A stretch of DNA of 62,984 nt, filler included, from 5 parts of 5 records of this genome joined end to end with filler, not necessarily neighbours in it, one strand, 5' to 3'; positions 13,074 through 24,201 are shown, counted from the whole stretch's first letter. Numbers and translations are program-made. The notes: generated by a model not told the origin, from the letters alone.

Positions 13074-13861
13074 TGAGATTGAAATCGTTCATTTTCTCAC
13101 TGTTGGTAATAACCATTCTTGCAGGCTGTTCTAGTTCTGGCGGGCGATATGACATTGATGATGATATCGCGCCTTCCACCCCCATCTCGATAGAACACAT
13201 TGAAGATGCTCATCCACAGTATGAGCCCTATAGTCGTGGGGGGAACAAAGATTACACACTTCGTGGTAAACACTATCAAATAGTCAAAGACACCAAAGGT
13301 TTCAAACAACAAGGACAAGCCTCTTGGTATGGTAAAAAATTTCATGGGCATCTCACGTCTAACGGTGAAATTTACGACATGTATTCGATGAGTGCTGCAC
13401 ATAAAACCTTGCCAATTCCGAGTTATGTCAAAGTCACCAATTTAGACAACAATAAAACCACCATTGTCCGTGTGAACGATCGTGGTCCATTCCATGATGG
13501 CCGAATTATTGATTTAAGCTATGCGGCAGCTTATAAGTTAGACGTGATAAAAACAGGAACCGCAAACGTCGCGATTGAGGTCATAAGTGTCGACAAACCT
13601 GAGTCAACAATCGTTAAAAGCCGTGATCCTCGTTTTATTATTCAAGTTGCCGCTTCACAATATGAAGAAAGAGTTCGAACTTTATCGCAAAATTTGGGAC
13701 AAACCTTATCAGTGCAAAGTTTTATTGATAGTGAGAAAGGCAGCCATAGGGCATACCTAGGTCCTTTTACTGACTACACCCTGACGCAAGAAACGCTTGA
13801 GCGTGTAAAGTCACTCGGTTACAACACCGCATTCATCAAGAAGTACTCCGTTGCACAATGA
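13073..13861 (+). CDS. rlpA: Septal lytic transglycosylase lipoprotein RlpA
   Basis: LAGC lipobox, ASWYG, AAHKTLP, VNDRGPF, C-terminal SPOR-like region. Confidence 0.95.
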   Translation: MRLKSFIFSLLVITILAGCSSSGGRYDIDDDIAPSTPISIEHIEDAHPQYEPYSRGGNKDYTLRGKHYQIVKDTKGFKQQGQASWYGKKFHGHLTSNGEIYDMYSMSAAHKTLPIPSYVKVTNLDNNKTTIVRVNDRGPFHDGRIIDLSYAAAYKLDVIKTGTANVAIEVISVDKPESTIVKSRDPRFIIQVAASQYEERVRTLSQNLGQTLSVQSFIDSEKGSHRAYLGPFTDYTLTQETLERVKSLGYNTAFIKKYSVAQ

Positions 13862-13949
13862 CTTGATGAAACGGCGGCCAGATCAGGTATGGTTTGAGCA
13901 GTCGTTTCTGTTAAGATATACACAACCAATTAGATAACACGCATTCATC

Positions 13950-15125
13950 ATGAAAAAATTGATTCAAACTACAGTTTTGGCGTCTTCAACTGCGCTTTCT
14001 ACACTTCTCACATTCTCAGCCGCAGCTGCTCCTATTGTCATGCCAGACGCACCACAAATTGCCGCGAAAGGCTATGTGTTGATGGATTTTCATTCAGGTA
14101 AAGTTCTCGCGTCTAAAGAAGCCGATACTAAGCTTTCACCAGCAAGCTTAACTAAAATGATGACCAGCTACGTGATTGGTCAGGAATTAGCGCGTGGTAA
14201 CATCTCTCCAAATGATGATGTTGTTATCAGTAAAAACGCGTGGGCAAAAAACTTCCCTGATTCATCAAAAATGTTCATCGAAGTGGGTACTACGGTAAAA
14301 GTCGAAGATCTTAACCGAGGTATCATCATTCAATCTGGCAACGACGCCTGTGTTGCGATGGCTGAACATATTGCCGGTTCTGAAGACGCATTCGTCGATT
14401 TAATGAATGCATGGGCTAGCTCATTGCAAATGACGAACACCCACTTTGCCAATGTGCATGGTCTGGATGATCCAAACCTATACTCTACACCGCACGATAT
14501 GGCGAAGTTAGGTCAAGCACTGATCCGTGATGTACCGGACGAGTACAGAATCTATTCAGAGCAAAAATACACTTACAACGGCATCACTCAATACAACCGT
14601 AACGGCTTGCTTTGGGATAAAAGCATGAACGTTGATGGTATCAAAACGGGTCACACTTCAAATGCAGGTTACAGCCTTGTAAGTTCGGCAACTGAAGGCC
14701 AAATGCGTCTGGTAGCGGTAGTTATGGGTACCAAAGATGCAAATGCTCGTAAATCAGAAAGCAAAAAGCTACTTAGCTATGGCTTCCGTTTCTTCGAAAC
14801 CGTTGCTCCACATAAGAAAGGCGAAACTTTCGTAGAAGAGCAAATCTGGATGGGTGACAAGTCAACGGTTGCTCTAGGTGTTGACGAAGATACTTATGTG
14901 ACGCTACCACGCGGTCAGGCGAAAAACCTAACCGCAAGCTTCGTACTTGAAAAAGAACTAAAAGCCCCAATTAACAAAGGCGATGTAGTTGGCAAGCTTT
15001 ATTACCAAGTAGACGGCGAAGACGTTGCTCAATACCCACTACTGGCACTAGAAAATGTTGAAGAAGGCAGCCTATTCAGCCGCCTGTGGGACTACATTGT
15101 TCTACTATTCAAAGGCTTGTTCTAA
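13950..15125 (+). CDS. dacA: D-alanyl-D-alanine carboxypeptidase PBP5
   Basis: SLTK, SGN, KTG motifs. Confidence 0.95.
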   Translation: MKKLIQTTVLASSTALSTLLTFSAAAAPIVMPDAPQIAAKGYVLMDFHSGKVLASKEADTKLSPASLTKMMTSYVIGQELARGNISPNDDVVISKNAWAKNFPDSSKMFIEVGTTVKVEDLNRGIIIQSGNDACVAMAEHIAGSEDAFVDLMNAWASSLQMTNTHFANVHGLDDPNLYSTPHDMAKLGQALIRDVPDEYRIYSEQKYTYNGITQYNRNGLLWDKSMNVDGIKTGHTSNAGYSLVSSATEGQMRLVAVVMGTKDANARKSESKKLLSYGFRFFETVAPHKKGETFVEEQIWMGDKSTVALGVDEDTYVTLPRGQAKNLTASFVLEKELKAPINKGDVVGKLYYQVDGEDVAQYPLLALENVEEGSLFSRLWDYIVLLFKGLF

Positions 15126-15143
15126 TATTTAACGATTAGTTCT

Positions 15144-15170
15144 AAAAAAGCCGCTTTTAGCGGCTTTTTT
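15144..15170 (+). terminator. Rho-independent terminator after dacA
   Basis: AAAAAAGCCGC-tttta-GCGGCTTTTTT. Confidence 0.85.
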
Positions 15171-15246
15171 GATCACTTGAGATCCACTTCGATAGGCTGT
15201 AATATTCTGCACCGCTTAATCGAATGCCAAACTTGGAGTTTCCAAT

Positions 15247-15525
15247 ATGTTGACCATCAACTCTGATGCAAAATTAAAAGACCTGCTTGAGTTCCCTTGT
15301 TCTTTTACCTACAAGGTGATGGGCCATGCAAAACCAGAATTACCTGAGCTGGTCCTAGAAGTTATCCAGCGTCACGCTCCTGGCGATTACAGCCCGCGCG
15401 TAAAACCAAGTGCTAAAGGTAATTACCACTCTGTTTCAGTGACCATTACTGCAACATCGATTGTTCAGGTAGAAACTCTATACAAAGAACTTGGTGACAT
15501 AGAAATTGTACGCATGGTTCTTTAA
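15247..15525 (+). CDS. ybeD: YbeD/DUF493 family protein
   Basis: [14 protein letters not shown]...KGNYHSVS...VRMVL. Confidence 0.93.
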   Translation: MLTINSDAKLKDLLEFPCSFTYKVMGHAKPELPELVLEVIQRHAPGDYSPRVKPSAKGNYHSVSVTITATSIVQVETLYKELGDIEIVRMVL

Positions 15526-15564
15526 GTAAAAATCAAATAAATTAACATTTATTAAAAATTATTT

Positions 15565-15590
15565 GAAAGCAGCATTAGGCTGCTTTCTTT
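15565..15590 (+). terminator. Terminator after ybeD
   Basis: GAAAGCAGC-attag-GCTGCTTTC followed by Ts. Confidence 0.7.
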
Positions 15591-15714
15591 ATATTTATCA
15601 AAGCATTAAATAAACACTATAAAAGATAGGGTCTAAAAATTGTCTCGAATGAGTAGTTCATCGCTCGCAAGACGTTTATAATCCTCCCAATCTTTTAACA
15701 ACCACTGACGGATT

Positions 15715-16383
15715 ATGACAGTAGATAACCAGATCGTTGTCAGGCAATGGGGACGTCAAGATTACCTTCCCGTTTGGCAGGCTATGCATGAATTTACCGA
15801 TCAGCGCGACGAATCAACTCGTGATGAAGTTTGGCTAGTCGAGCACAATCCTGTGTTTACTCAGGGTCAGGCTGGCAAAGCAGAACACCTGCTTAATACC
15901 GGTGATATTCCTGTTGTCCAAAGTGATCGTGGCGGTCAAGTGACCTACCATGGCCCAGGTCAGTTAGTGGTTTATTTTTTAATAAATTTAAGGCGTAAGA
16001 AGCTTGGTGTTCGAGATCTTGTCACTGATATCGAGAATCTCGTGATCAACACGTTAAACGCCTACAATATAGAGTCTGCCGCTCGCCCTGATGCTCCTGG
16101 TGTCTATGTCGATGGTAAGAAAATTTGCTCGCTCGGTCTTCGAATTCGTAAAGGCAGCTCCTTTCATGGGCTTGCACTAAACGTCAATATGGATCTTTCT
16201 CCTTTCTTGCGTATCAACCCATGTGGTTATCAAGGAATGGAGATGGTACAAGTGAGTGATTTAGGTGGACCTGAAAATACTCGTGAAGTCGAACAACAAT
16301 TAATCCAAGAACTCGTAAAGCTTTTTGGCTACGAGCATGTCGAATTCAGCACTGAAGCACCCTCAATCGGTAAAAAAGTATGA
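15715..16383 (+). CDS. lipB: Lipoyl(octanoyl) transferase LipB
   Basis: [29 protein letters not shown]. Confidence 0.97.
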   Translation: MTVDNQIVVRQWGRQDYLPVWQAMHEFTDQRDESTRDEVWLVEHNPVFTQGQAGKAEHLLNTGDIPVVQSDRGGQVTYHGPGQLVVYFLINLRRKKLGVRDLVTDIENLVINTLNAYNIESAARPDAPGVYVDGKKICSLGLRIRKGSSFHGLALNVNMDLSPFLRINPCGYQGMEMVQVSDLGGPENTREVEQQLIQELVKLFGYEHVEFSTEAPSIGKKV

Positions 16384-17345
16384 GCAAACCCATCCAAATG
16401 GAAAAAGGCGTCAAATACCGCGACGCTGATAAAATGGCACTGATTCCCGTAAAGAACATGCCAACAGAGCAAAAAGAAGTATTACGTAAACCTGAATGGA
16501 TGAAAATAAAACTGCCTGCAGATAGCCAGCGCATTCAGGATATCAAGTCAGCGATGCGTAAAAACAACCTGCATTCTGTTTGTGAGGAAGCGTCTTGCCC
16601 TAACCTGGCAGAATGTTTTAACCACGGTACGGCAACCTTTATGATTCTGGGTGCTATCTGTACTCGCCGCTGTCCATTCTGTGATGTTGCTCATGGCCGT
16701 CCCGTCGCGCCAGAAGCTAACGAACCACAAAAGCTGGCGAAAACCATCAGCGACATGAAGCTAAAGTATGTTGTTATTACCTCAGTTGACCGAGATGACT
16801 TACGTGACGGTGGCGCACAGCACTTCGCTGATTGTAATCGTGAGATTCGAGCTCTGAACCCTAACATTCGTATTGAAACGCTGGTTCCTGACTTCCGTGG
16901 CCGTATGGACGTTGCACTGGATCTATTAAAAGATAATCCGCCGGATGTGTTCAACCACAACTTAGAGACAGCTCCACGTCTATACCGTAAAGCTCGTCCA
17001 GGTGCGAACTACAAATGGTCTCTACAACTTCTAGAGAAATTCAAACAACAGCACCCAGATATTCCGACCAAATCTGGCTTGATGATGGGCCTTGGTGAGA
17101 CGAAAGAAGAGATCATCGAAGTATTGAAAGATCTTCGAGCACATGGCGTTACCATGCTGACTCTTGGTCAATACTTAGCACCTAGTCGTCACCACTTGCC
17201 GGTTGAACGCTACGTTCCACCAGCTGAGTTTGATGAGCTCAAAGAAATCGCACTTGATCTAGGCTTCACTCACGCCGCTTGTGGGCCATTTGTACGTTCG
17301 TCTTATCATGCGGACATGCAAGCTCAGGGCTTAGAAGTGAAATAA
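16380..17345 (+). CDS. lipA: Lipoyl synthase LipA
   Basis: [12 protein letters not shown] and CTRRCPFC cluster motifs; RSSY. Confidence 0.98.
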   Translation: MSKPIQMEKGVKYRDADKMALIPVKNMPTEQKEVLRKPEWMKIKLPADSQRIQDIKSAMRKNNLHSVCEEASCPNLAECFNHGTATFMILGAICTRRCPFCDVAHGRPVAPEANEPQKLAKTISDMKLKYVVITSVDRDDLRDGGAQHFADCNREIRALNPNIRIETLVPDFRGRMDVALDLLKDNPPDVFNHNLETAPRLYRKARPGANYKWSLQLLEKFKQQHPDIPTKSGLMMGLGETKEEIIEVLKDLRAHGVTMLTLGQYLAPSRHHLPVERYVPPAEFDELKEIALDLGFTHAACGPFVRSSYHADMQAQGLEVK

Positions 17346-17365
17346 GCATTATCAGCTAAAGTATT

Positions 17366-17404
17366 AAAAGGCAGCGTATCTTTTGTAGGGTATGCTGCCT
17401 TTTT
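17366..17404 (+). terminator. Terminator after lipA
   Basis: AAAAGGCAGCGTA...TATGCTGCCTTTTT. Confidence 0.75.
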
Positions 17405-17481
17405 CGTATCTGACGTTGAATAGAGACGAATAGTTTTATAGGCTTATTTCAAGAACTGTTTCTAACATGAAGGACAATGTA

Positions 17482-17814
17482 ATGAACAAGATGGCAATGC
17501 TAACGCTAGCTGCAACAACCGCAGCGATCACTATGGGTTGTTCTTCGAACTCTCAAACCGATAACTTCCGCGAAGCTTCATTTGAACTTTGCAATACCGA
17601 AGTTGATATCTATTCAGTCAGCGATGACGGCAAAGTACGTATTATCTGTTCAGACGGCTCTAAGTTTGCGCTGGCAAGTGAAGACACTCTAGAAGTAATG
17701 AGAGAAATCAATATTGAGTACTGTGATGGTTCAGGCTTAGGCAAATTTACTGAAAGTAGTAAGTACTATATGTTTAAGTGCAAGTCAGGCACGTTAATCA
17801 GTATGGCAAAGTAA
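17482..17814 (+). CDS. Small Cys-containing lipoprotein of unknown function
   Basis: AAGGA RBS before ATG 17482; hydrophobic stretch plus TMGC lipobox-like site; four further Cys. Confidence 0.75.
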   Translation: MNKMAMLTLAATTAAITMGCSSNSQTDNFREASFELCNTEVDIYSVSDDGKVRIICSDGSKFALASEDTLEVMREINIEYCDGSGLGKFTESSKYYMFKCKSGTLISMAK

Positions 17815-17837
17815 GACACTTTTCTTACTCTAGATAA

Positions 17838-17867
17838 AATAAAGGCCTGCAATCGCAGGCCTTTATT
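17838..17867. terminator. Bidirectional terminator between lipoprotein gene and glyA
   Basis: AATAAAGGCCTGC-aatc-GCAGGCCTTTATT. Confidence 0.85.
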
Positions 17868-17883
17868 ATTTGGTCTTTGGATA

Positions 17884-19134
17884 TTAAGCGTAAACTGGTA
17901 GACGCTTACAGATCTCAAGAACTTTTTGTTTTGTCGCTTCGATAACCGCTTCATCGTTGATGTTATCCAGAACATCACACATCCAGTTAGCTAGAGACTT
18001 AGCCTCTTCTTCACCGAAACCACGGCGAGTAATTGCAGGCGTGCCAACACGAATACCAGAAGTAACGAATGGGCTACGAGGGTCGTTTGGCACTGAGTTC
18101 TTGTTTACAGTGATGTTCGCTGCACCTAGAGCTGCATCCGCTTCTTTACCTGTGATGTCTTTGTCGATTAAATCAACAAGGAACAGGTGGTTTTCAGTGC
18201 TGTTCGATACGATTTTGTAACCGCGCTCTTGGAACTGAGCAACCATAGCTTTGGCATTTTTAACAACACGCTCTTGGTAAGCTTTGAACTCTGGCTCCAT
18301 TGCTTCTTTAAACGCTACCGCTTTACCTGCGATAACATGCATTAGAGGACCACCCTGACCACCAGGGAATACCGCTGAGTTCAGCTTTTTGTACATCTCT
18401 TCACCAGCGTTTGAAAGAATCAAACCACCACGAGGGCCAGCCAGTGTTTTGTGCGTTGTTGTTGTTACAACGTGAGCGTGTGGGATTGGCGTTGGGTAAA
18501 CTCCCGCAGCAATCAGACCAGCAACGTGAGCCATATCTACGAATAGGTAAGCGTCTACTTTGTCCGCGATATCACGCATGCGTTTCCAATCAACGATTTG
18601 TGAGTACGCAGAGAAACCACCGATGATCATCTTAGGCTTATGCTCAAGAGCCAGTGCTTCCATCTCGTCGTAATTGATTTGACCAGCGTCATCAATACCG
18701 TAAGGGATAACGTTGTAGTGCTTACCAGAGAAGTTTACTGGTGAACCGTGAGTCAAGTGACCACCGTGAGCCAAGCTCATACCTAGAACAGTATCACCTG
18801 GATTTAGCAGAGCCATGTATACTGCGCTGTTCGCTTGAGAACCTGAGTGAGGTTGAACGTTCGCGTATTCACAACCAAATAGCTGACATGCGCGGTCAAT
18901 CGCTAAAGCTTCTGCTTTATCAACGTACTCACAACCGCCGTAGTAACGCTTGCCAGGGTAACCTTCTGCGTACTTGTTAGTTAGCTGAGAACCTTGAGCT
19001 TCCATTACACGCGGGCTGGTGTAGTTTTCTGAAGCGATAAGTTCAATGTGCTCTTCTTGGCGAAGAGTTTCTTCCTGGATGGCAGCGTATAGCTCCGGAT
19101 CATAATCAGCGATGTTCATATCACGCTTTAGCAT
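17884..19134 (-). CDS. glyA: Serine hydroxymethyltransferase
   Basis: [22 protein letters not shown] (PLP lysine); start MLKRDM at 19134 with CAGGAG RBS, not 19209. Confidence 0.99.
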   Translation of the reverse strand: MLKRDMNIADYDPELYAAIQEETLRQEEHIELIASENYTSPRVMEAQGSQLTNKYAEGYPGKRYYGGCEYVDKAEALAIDRACQLFGCEYANVQPHSGSQANSAVYMALLNPGDTVLGMSLAHGGHLTHGSPVNFSGKHYNVIPYGIDDAGQINYDEMEALALEHKPKMIIGGFSAYSQIVDWKRMRDIADKVDAYLFVDMAHVAGLIAAGVYPTPIPHAHVVTTTTHKTLAGPRGGLILSNAGEEMYKKLNSAVFPGGQGGPLMHVIAGKAVAFKEAMEPEFKAYQERVVKNAKAMVAQFQERGYKIVSNSTENHLFLVDLIDKDITGKEADAALGAANITVNKNSVPNDPRSPFVTSGIRVGTPAITRRGFGEEEAKSLANWMCDVLDNINDEAVIEATKQKVLEICKRLPVYA

Positions 19135-19190
19135 CTGTATCTCCTGACTCAGATTTGACTGAAAGTAGCAAAAAACCACACAACGACCAA

Positions 19191-19206
19191 AAGCAAACGT
19201 TTTCGT
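19191..19206. promoter_or_regulatory. PurR box upstream of glyA
   Basis: AAGCAAACGTTTTCGT vs PurR consensus ACGCAAACGTTTGCGT; just downstream of a TAGAAT -10 on the minus strand (19225-19230). Confidence 0.8.
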
Positions 19207-19275
19207 CACCGTAATATGGCGCGCATTCTACATAATTTGATTTATATCATAAAGCCCAAATTACACAATTTATCA

Positions 19276-19288
19276 TGCAGTTTTTTCA
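19276..19288. promoter_or_regulatory. Candidate MetR (LysR-type) site upstream of the glyA promoter
   Basis: TGCAGTTTTTTCA vs TGAANNNNNTTCA, T-N11-A. Confidence 0.55.
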
Positions 19289-19479
19289 TAATGATTAACA
19301 GCAATTACATTTCCTTGGCAGTATGGAAGTCGTAACCCTGTTACCTGTCTACATTTTCTTTACACCATGTAAAGATAGGATTACATAGGTTTACCTCAAA
19401 TTTCCTCTGCTAGCTACCGAAAATATCCCCTTTTCATTACTATTTGCCTAATCGATCACTCATTATTTGACTATCACAC

Positions 19480-20079
19480 ATGGAAACTCATTCACGGAAA
19501 GAAGACGGAATCGCAATATTAACTGGCACATTTTTAGTCGCTCAGGGAATTTTCTTTCTTCAGGCTGGCGGCTTAATTACCGGCGGAACTGCAGGACTAG
19601 CCTTATTGCTAAGCCAATTACTCCCTTGGAGCTTTGGTCTCCTTTACTTTATGGTTAACATGCCGTTCTACTTACTGGCATGGAAACGCTTTGGCGTTCG
19701 ATTTTCGGTAAACACCGCGATCGCATGCGGCTTGGTGTCTCTGTTCGCCGACCATTTATCACATTTCATCTCCATTGATAGCGTCAACGAGTTCTACTGC
19801 GCGATTGCTGGCGGACTGTTAACAGGTTTGGGGATGCTGATTCTATTCCGCCATCGTGCAAGCTTGGGCGGCTTCAATGTTCTTTGTCTGTTCATTCAAG
19901 ATAAGTTTGGTATTTCAGTGGGTAAAACGCAGTTAGCACTGGATTGCATTATCGTCACCGCGTCTCTGTTCTATTTATCTCCATGGATTACTGGTCTATC
20001 AGTGTTAGGCGCATTTATTCTCAATGTAGTCCTCGCGATGAACCATAAGCCCCTGCGCTACACTGTCAGATACAGTTAG
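19480..20079 (+). CDS. YitT family membrane protein
   Basis: HSRKED, GLITGGTAG, FRHRASLGG; multiple TM segments. Confidence 0.88.
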   Translation: METHSRKEDGIAILTGTFLVAQGIFFLQAGGLITGGTAGLALLLSQLLPWSFGLLYFMVNMPFYLLAWKRFGVRFSVNTAIACGLVSLFADHLSHFISIDSVNEFYCAIAGGLLTGLGMLILFRHRASLGGFNVLCLFIQDKFGISVGKTQLALDCIIVTASLFYLSPWITGLSVLGAFILNVVLAMNHKPLRYTVRYS

Positions 20080-20098
20080 ACATCATCATTAAAAAAAT

Positions 20099-20123
20099 AA
20101 AGCCCGCTATCGTCGCGGGCTTT
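20099..20123. terminator. Bidirectional terminator between YitT gene and RND gene
   Basis: AAAGCCCGC-tatcgtc-GCGGGCTTT flanked by A and T tracts. Confidence 0.8.
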
Positions 20124-20149
20124 GTTATTTTGATGAGTAATATCAGTGT

Positions 20150-22063
20150 CTAGTGCGTCGAGCGTACTTTGATGTCATGCTCAAGTTCTTTGTTCAGTTC
20201 CGCTTCGACATGCCCTGGAGCTTGTGTTCCTCCCGAGATCAAACGGTACATCGCTGGAATCACAAACAGGGTTACAACCGTCGCGAAAGCCATACCAAAG
20301 AAAATGACCGTACCCACAGCCACTCGGCTTTCATAGCCCGCGCCATTAGAAAGGATCAAAGGAATAGAGCCAGCAAGAGTCGTAAACGCTGTCATTAAGA
20401 TAGGTCGTAAGCGACGAGCAGAAGCATCAATGATGGCTTTTTCAAATTCAACGCCTCGATCTCTGAGCTGGTTGGTAAACTCAACAATTAAGATGCCATT
20501 CTTCGTCACCATACCAATCAGCATTACCATACCGATCTGGCTATAGATGTTCATGCCTTGCGACATCACAAACAAGCCAAGGAAGCCCCCAAATACCCCC
20601 ATAGGTACGGTAAACATAATAACCATTGGGTTAATAAAACTCTCGAACTGAGCGGCTAAAACCAAGTAAGCCACCAGCAGAGCTAACGCAAATACGATAG
20701 CGACGCTCGATTGGTTCTCTTTGAAATCTTTCGATTCGCCGGAGTAACTCACGGTAATATCGTTGGGTAGCATTTCCAGTGCTTTCTGATCCATGAAGTC
20801 CAGCGCTTCACCGAGAGTCGCACCATCGGCTAGGTTAGCAGTGATAGTAATCGACTTCTGCTTATTGTAGTGAGCCAAACGAATGGCCGATGCAACCTCA
20901 TCAATTTTTGTCACAGTATCTAGCGTCACTAAATCGCCATTGCCGGTACGCATGTAGATCTGGCTGAGATCGGTGGCATTATTAAAACTGTTCTCATCAC
21001 CACGCAGATACACATCGTACTCTTCACCACGCTCAACAAACGTTGTTACGCTCTTACCACCCAGCATCACCTCCAGCGTATCGGAAATATCTTGCACGCT
21101 GATATTGAGTTCTGCCGCACGTTGTCTATCAACCGTGACCAGTAGTTCAGGTGTCTTTTCCGAATAGTTAATATCCACACCCGTCATATAAGGCGAGTTA
21201 GCCGCTTCAGCCTCTAGCTTTTCGGCCCAGTCCTTTAACTCACTGTAATCAGAGCCGCCAACCACAAACTGAACCGGTTCATTAGATCCCCCACGGAAAC
21301 CTGGCATAAATGGGAACACTCGAACATCAGGAATACCAGCTAGAGCTTTCCTCACTTCACCTAACGCTTCCTGAGCTGGGATAGAACGCTCATTCCAATC
21401 ATCAAGGGTCATAATCACAAACCCGGTCTGATCCCCTGCGTTACCATTGAAAGCTGGTGATTGGATACTGAATGACTTCAAAAAACCTTGTCCAAGAAGA
21501 GGCTTCAAACGTGATTCAACCAAATCCATGTTTGCTGACATGCGGTTATAACTGGTGGCATCAGCACCACGTACGAACGCAAAAATCACGCCCCGGTCTT
21601 CTGATGGTGTTAGCTGAGCGGGTACATTTTGCATGAACTGATAGCTACCACCAATACACCCCAAAATGACTATCGGCGCCAACCATTTCAAACGCAACGC
21701 GTAAGTCAATAACCAACGATAAGCGGACTCAAGCTTACGAAATAGCTTATCAACCACGAGGTTGAAACCATTTGGCTTCACATTCGCTTTTAGAATTTTA
21801 CTGCCCAGCACCGGTGTTAACGTCAGCGCTATCAATGAAGAGAAAATCACCGACATCGCGAGCAACACTGAAAATTCGGTAAACAGTAACCCCACCATGC
21901 CGTCCATAAACGAGATCGGCAGGAATACCATCACCAGTACCAGCGTCGTTGCGATAACCGCAAAACCGACTTCTCGAGTGCCTTTATAGGCCGCGAGCAA
22001 AGGTTTTTCGCCTTGTTCAATATGGTGGAAAATGTTTTCCACCACGACAATGGCATCATCCAC
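20150..22063 (-). CDS. RND efflux permease (AcrB family, probably VexH-like), 5' part missing at contig end
   Basis: DDAIVVVEN, AAQFES, KNGILIVEF, RLRPILMT; frame runs into the linker. Confidence 0.93.
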   Translation of the reverse strand: MDDAIVVVENIFHHIEQGEKPLLAAYKGTREVGFAVIATTLVLVMVFLPISFMDGMVGLLFTEFSVLLAMSVIFSSLIALTLTPVLGSKILKANVKPNGFNLVVDKLFRKLESAYRWLLTYALRLKWLAPIVILGCIGGSYQFMQNVPAQLTPSEDRGVIFAFVRGADATSYNRMSANMDLVESRLKPLLGQGFLKSFSIQSPAFNGNAGDQTGFVIMTLDDWNERSIPAQEALGEVRKALAGIPDVRVFPFMPGFRGGSNEPVQFVVGGSDYSELKDWAEKLEAEAANSPYMTGVDINYSEKTPELLVTVDRQRAAELNISVQDISDTLEVMLGGKSVTTFVERGEEYDVYLRGDENSFNNATDLSQIYMRTGNGDLVTLDTVTKIDEVASAIRLAHYNKQKSITITANLADGATLGEALDFMDQKALEMLPNDITVSYSGESKDFKENQSSVAIVFALALLVAYLVLAAQFESFINPMVIMFTVPMGVFGGFLGLFVMSQGMNIYSQIGMVMLIGMVTKNGILIVEFTNQLRDRGVEFEKAIIDASARRLRPILMTAFTTLAGSIPLILSNGAGYESRVAVGTVIFFGMAFATVVTLFVIPAMYRLISGGTQAPGHVEAELNKELEHDIKVRSTH

Positions 22064-22163
22064 NNNNNNNNNNNNNNNNNNNNNNNNNNNNNNNNNNNNN
22101 NNNNNNNTTAATTAATTAANNNNNNNNNNNNNNNNNNNNNNNNNNNNNNNNNNNNNNNNNNNN
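22064..22163. other. Artificial contig linker
   Basis: N44-TTAATTAATTAA-N44, stop codons in all six frames. Confidence 0.99.
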
Positions 22164-22563
22164 AATCATTGCTTCTGTCGCTGTAATCCCTTCGAAGCGA
22201 TTCAACCACATAATTTCCTTCCAGCCTGTCGTAACATGTAAATCCTGCATAGAAATTATCTTCATCATAAGTCAAACTGACTACAGTTTGAGAAAAAGCA
22301 GCGGTATCATCCATTGGAAACTGGCGATAAAAATCAGAAGCTTTATCTGCCGTTTGCCATACTGGTTCATTAAGTACACCGTCAATTATTATCTCTGAAT
22401 TGGTTTTTGCTATCTGCAACGTTTTCTCAGGTACCCTTTTCCCTTTCGAACGGGTTATCAATGAAAGTTCAAATCGATCCTGAGCATAACTTCCGGTAGC
22501 GCAAAAAAATTCGAAAAGAATTACTATTATGATGAATCTACTGAATATCTTGTTTTGTTTCAT
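22164..22563 (-). CDS. Secreted CBM9-like/DUF5916 protein, N-terminal fragment
   Basis: Signal peptide; IIIDGVLNEPVW, TVVSLTYDEDNFYAGF, SLRRD; truncated by the linker. Confidence 0.75.
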
Positions 22564-22861
22564 AAAGTCTTTTTTGCTTATCTTTTTATGTAAGGTAATA
22601 TTTCAATTCTGCTTTTTATAAACCTACTATTCTACATACTCATAAAAGGCTGTTCTGGTTACCTTTTTATAATTATCCATCTGCTCCACTCTACACTTTC
22701 CTACGGAATATTATTTCAATAAAATAATTAAGTCCAACTTTCAAGGCATTGTTAAGCAATGTCCACACAATGTCATCATTAACACCATGTTCATTTTACC
22801 GATCGGCAATATCATACCATTGATGCAAGAAACAACGGCAATCAGTATTCTATAAAAACAT

Positions 22862-23296
22862 TTACTTATCGTAAACCCCGTTCACTTCCTTTCCAATTAC
22901 CATAATTTTGTTGAAATCGGGAAGATGTACTATTTCAGGGTTGATATTAGTTCCAAAATCGATATAAACCAGTTTCTCATTTTCCGATTTATTTTGAATA
23001 ACATGCGCCCCTTTTTCGCCTGTTGGGAATCCAATAGCATCGCCGGCTTTTACGTTTATTTCACCATCGTTGGTGCGAATTACGCCGTTTCCACTGATGA
23101 TGTAAAAAACCTCTTCGTTGGCTTCGTGGTAATGATAACCATACGCATAATTTCCCGGTTCCACTTCTACAAAATTAACCCTGCATTTTGTCGCTTCATC
23201 ATTCGGGATAATGGTTTTTACCGTAAACTGATTTCCATCCCGATCAATTTTCTGGCATTCCAAAGTGTTTACATTTTTTATAGTTAAATTTTTCAT
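22862..23296 (-). CDS. Cupin domain protein
   Basis: YHYHEANEEVFYIISG and AGDAIGFP...AH cupin motifs. Confidence 0.9.
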   Translation of the reverse strand: MKNLTIKNVNTLECQKIDRDGNQFTVKTIIPNDEATKCRVNFVEVEPGNYAYGYHYHEANEEVFYIISGNGVIRTNDGEINVKAGDAIGFPTGEKGAHVIQNKSENEKLVYIDFGTNINPEIVHLPDFNKIMVIGKEVNGVYDK

Positions 23297-23580
23297 GATA
23301 ATATTGTTTTTAAAAGTTACTCTTATTCAAATTTCTGTAATTTATTAAAGAATTTATTTTTGTATTCGGATTTTTAGGAAGGGAAATCAAAATAATTTAC
23401 AGGATTCAGATTTCAAAATGCTCAATTTCTAATTCTCCTCTATGCAACTAGAAGTTGCTGAATTTCAACTTAACATAAACCAATCATTTTAATATTCAAA
23501 ATCAGGCCGGAGGTAAAAATATTTAACCAACTAAGGAAGAAATACCTCCGGCAGATTTAACACCTATTTTGAACTATTAA

Positions 23581-24201
23581 CTATTTTAAGGCTTTTAATA
23601 CAGCTTCCAGAAGCGACCACTTCATTCGAATATCACTTTGCGGCCCGTTTGGATTCATGTATTCAAACAAAATAGAATTATCGGTTCCAACAACATAAAC
23701 TGCCGGAACAGGTAAGATTCTTTCGGTATTTTTTCCACCTGAAGACTCAAGCAGTAAATCTTTTAGCATTTCCATTTTTTCGTTGTACGCAATTCCCAAA
23801 CTTTTTGAATACGAACCATCGCAGTCACCAAAGATTTGAGAAGCAGCAATTTTTGTTTTTTCTGCAGTTAATAACATTTTTTCGGGAGCGTCGGGACTAA
23901 TGGCAATAAAATTATATCCCAGGCTGGCAATGGCCGATAGGTTTGGTGAGATTTCTTCATTAAAGTGATTAATACAGTTTGGACACCAATCGCCCCGATA
24001 AAAAATTACCACTGTAGGCTTGTCATTCAATAATGAATTTACAGAAACTGAATTTCCTTTGGTATCGGTTAGGTTTCCATCGGGAAATTTTTCGCCAATT
24101 AATAAAGGAGAAACATCTAACATTGAGGTTGGTAATTGAGCCTGAGCTTGCAAACCCAATAAACAAACTACAGAAATAAGAGTAAAAGCTAATCTTTTCA
24201 T
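23581..24201 (-). CDS. Secreted peroxiredoxin-like AhpC/TSA family protein
   Basis: Signal peptide, FYRGDWCPNC, AISPD, LPVPAVYV; TACATTTG -7 box at 24229-24236 (minus). Confidence 0.88.
   Translation of the reverse strand: MKRLAFTLISVVCLLGLQAQAQLPTSMLDVSPLLIGEKFPDGNLTDTKGNSVSVNSLLNDKPTVVIFYRGDWCPNCINHFNEEISPNLSAIASLGYNFIAISPDAPEKMLLTAEKTKIAASQIFGDCDGSYSKSLGIAYNEKMEMLKDLLLESSGGKNTERILPVPAVYVVGTDNSILFEYMNPNGPQSDIRMKWSLLEAVLKALK

Noticed and set aside
22728-22790. Minus-strand peptide HGVNDDIVWTLLNNAL resembling a HepT/DUF86 toxin C-terminus
   Set aside because: Only about 20 codons, no RxxxxH motif and no partner nucleotidyltransferase; could be chance.
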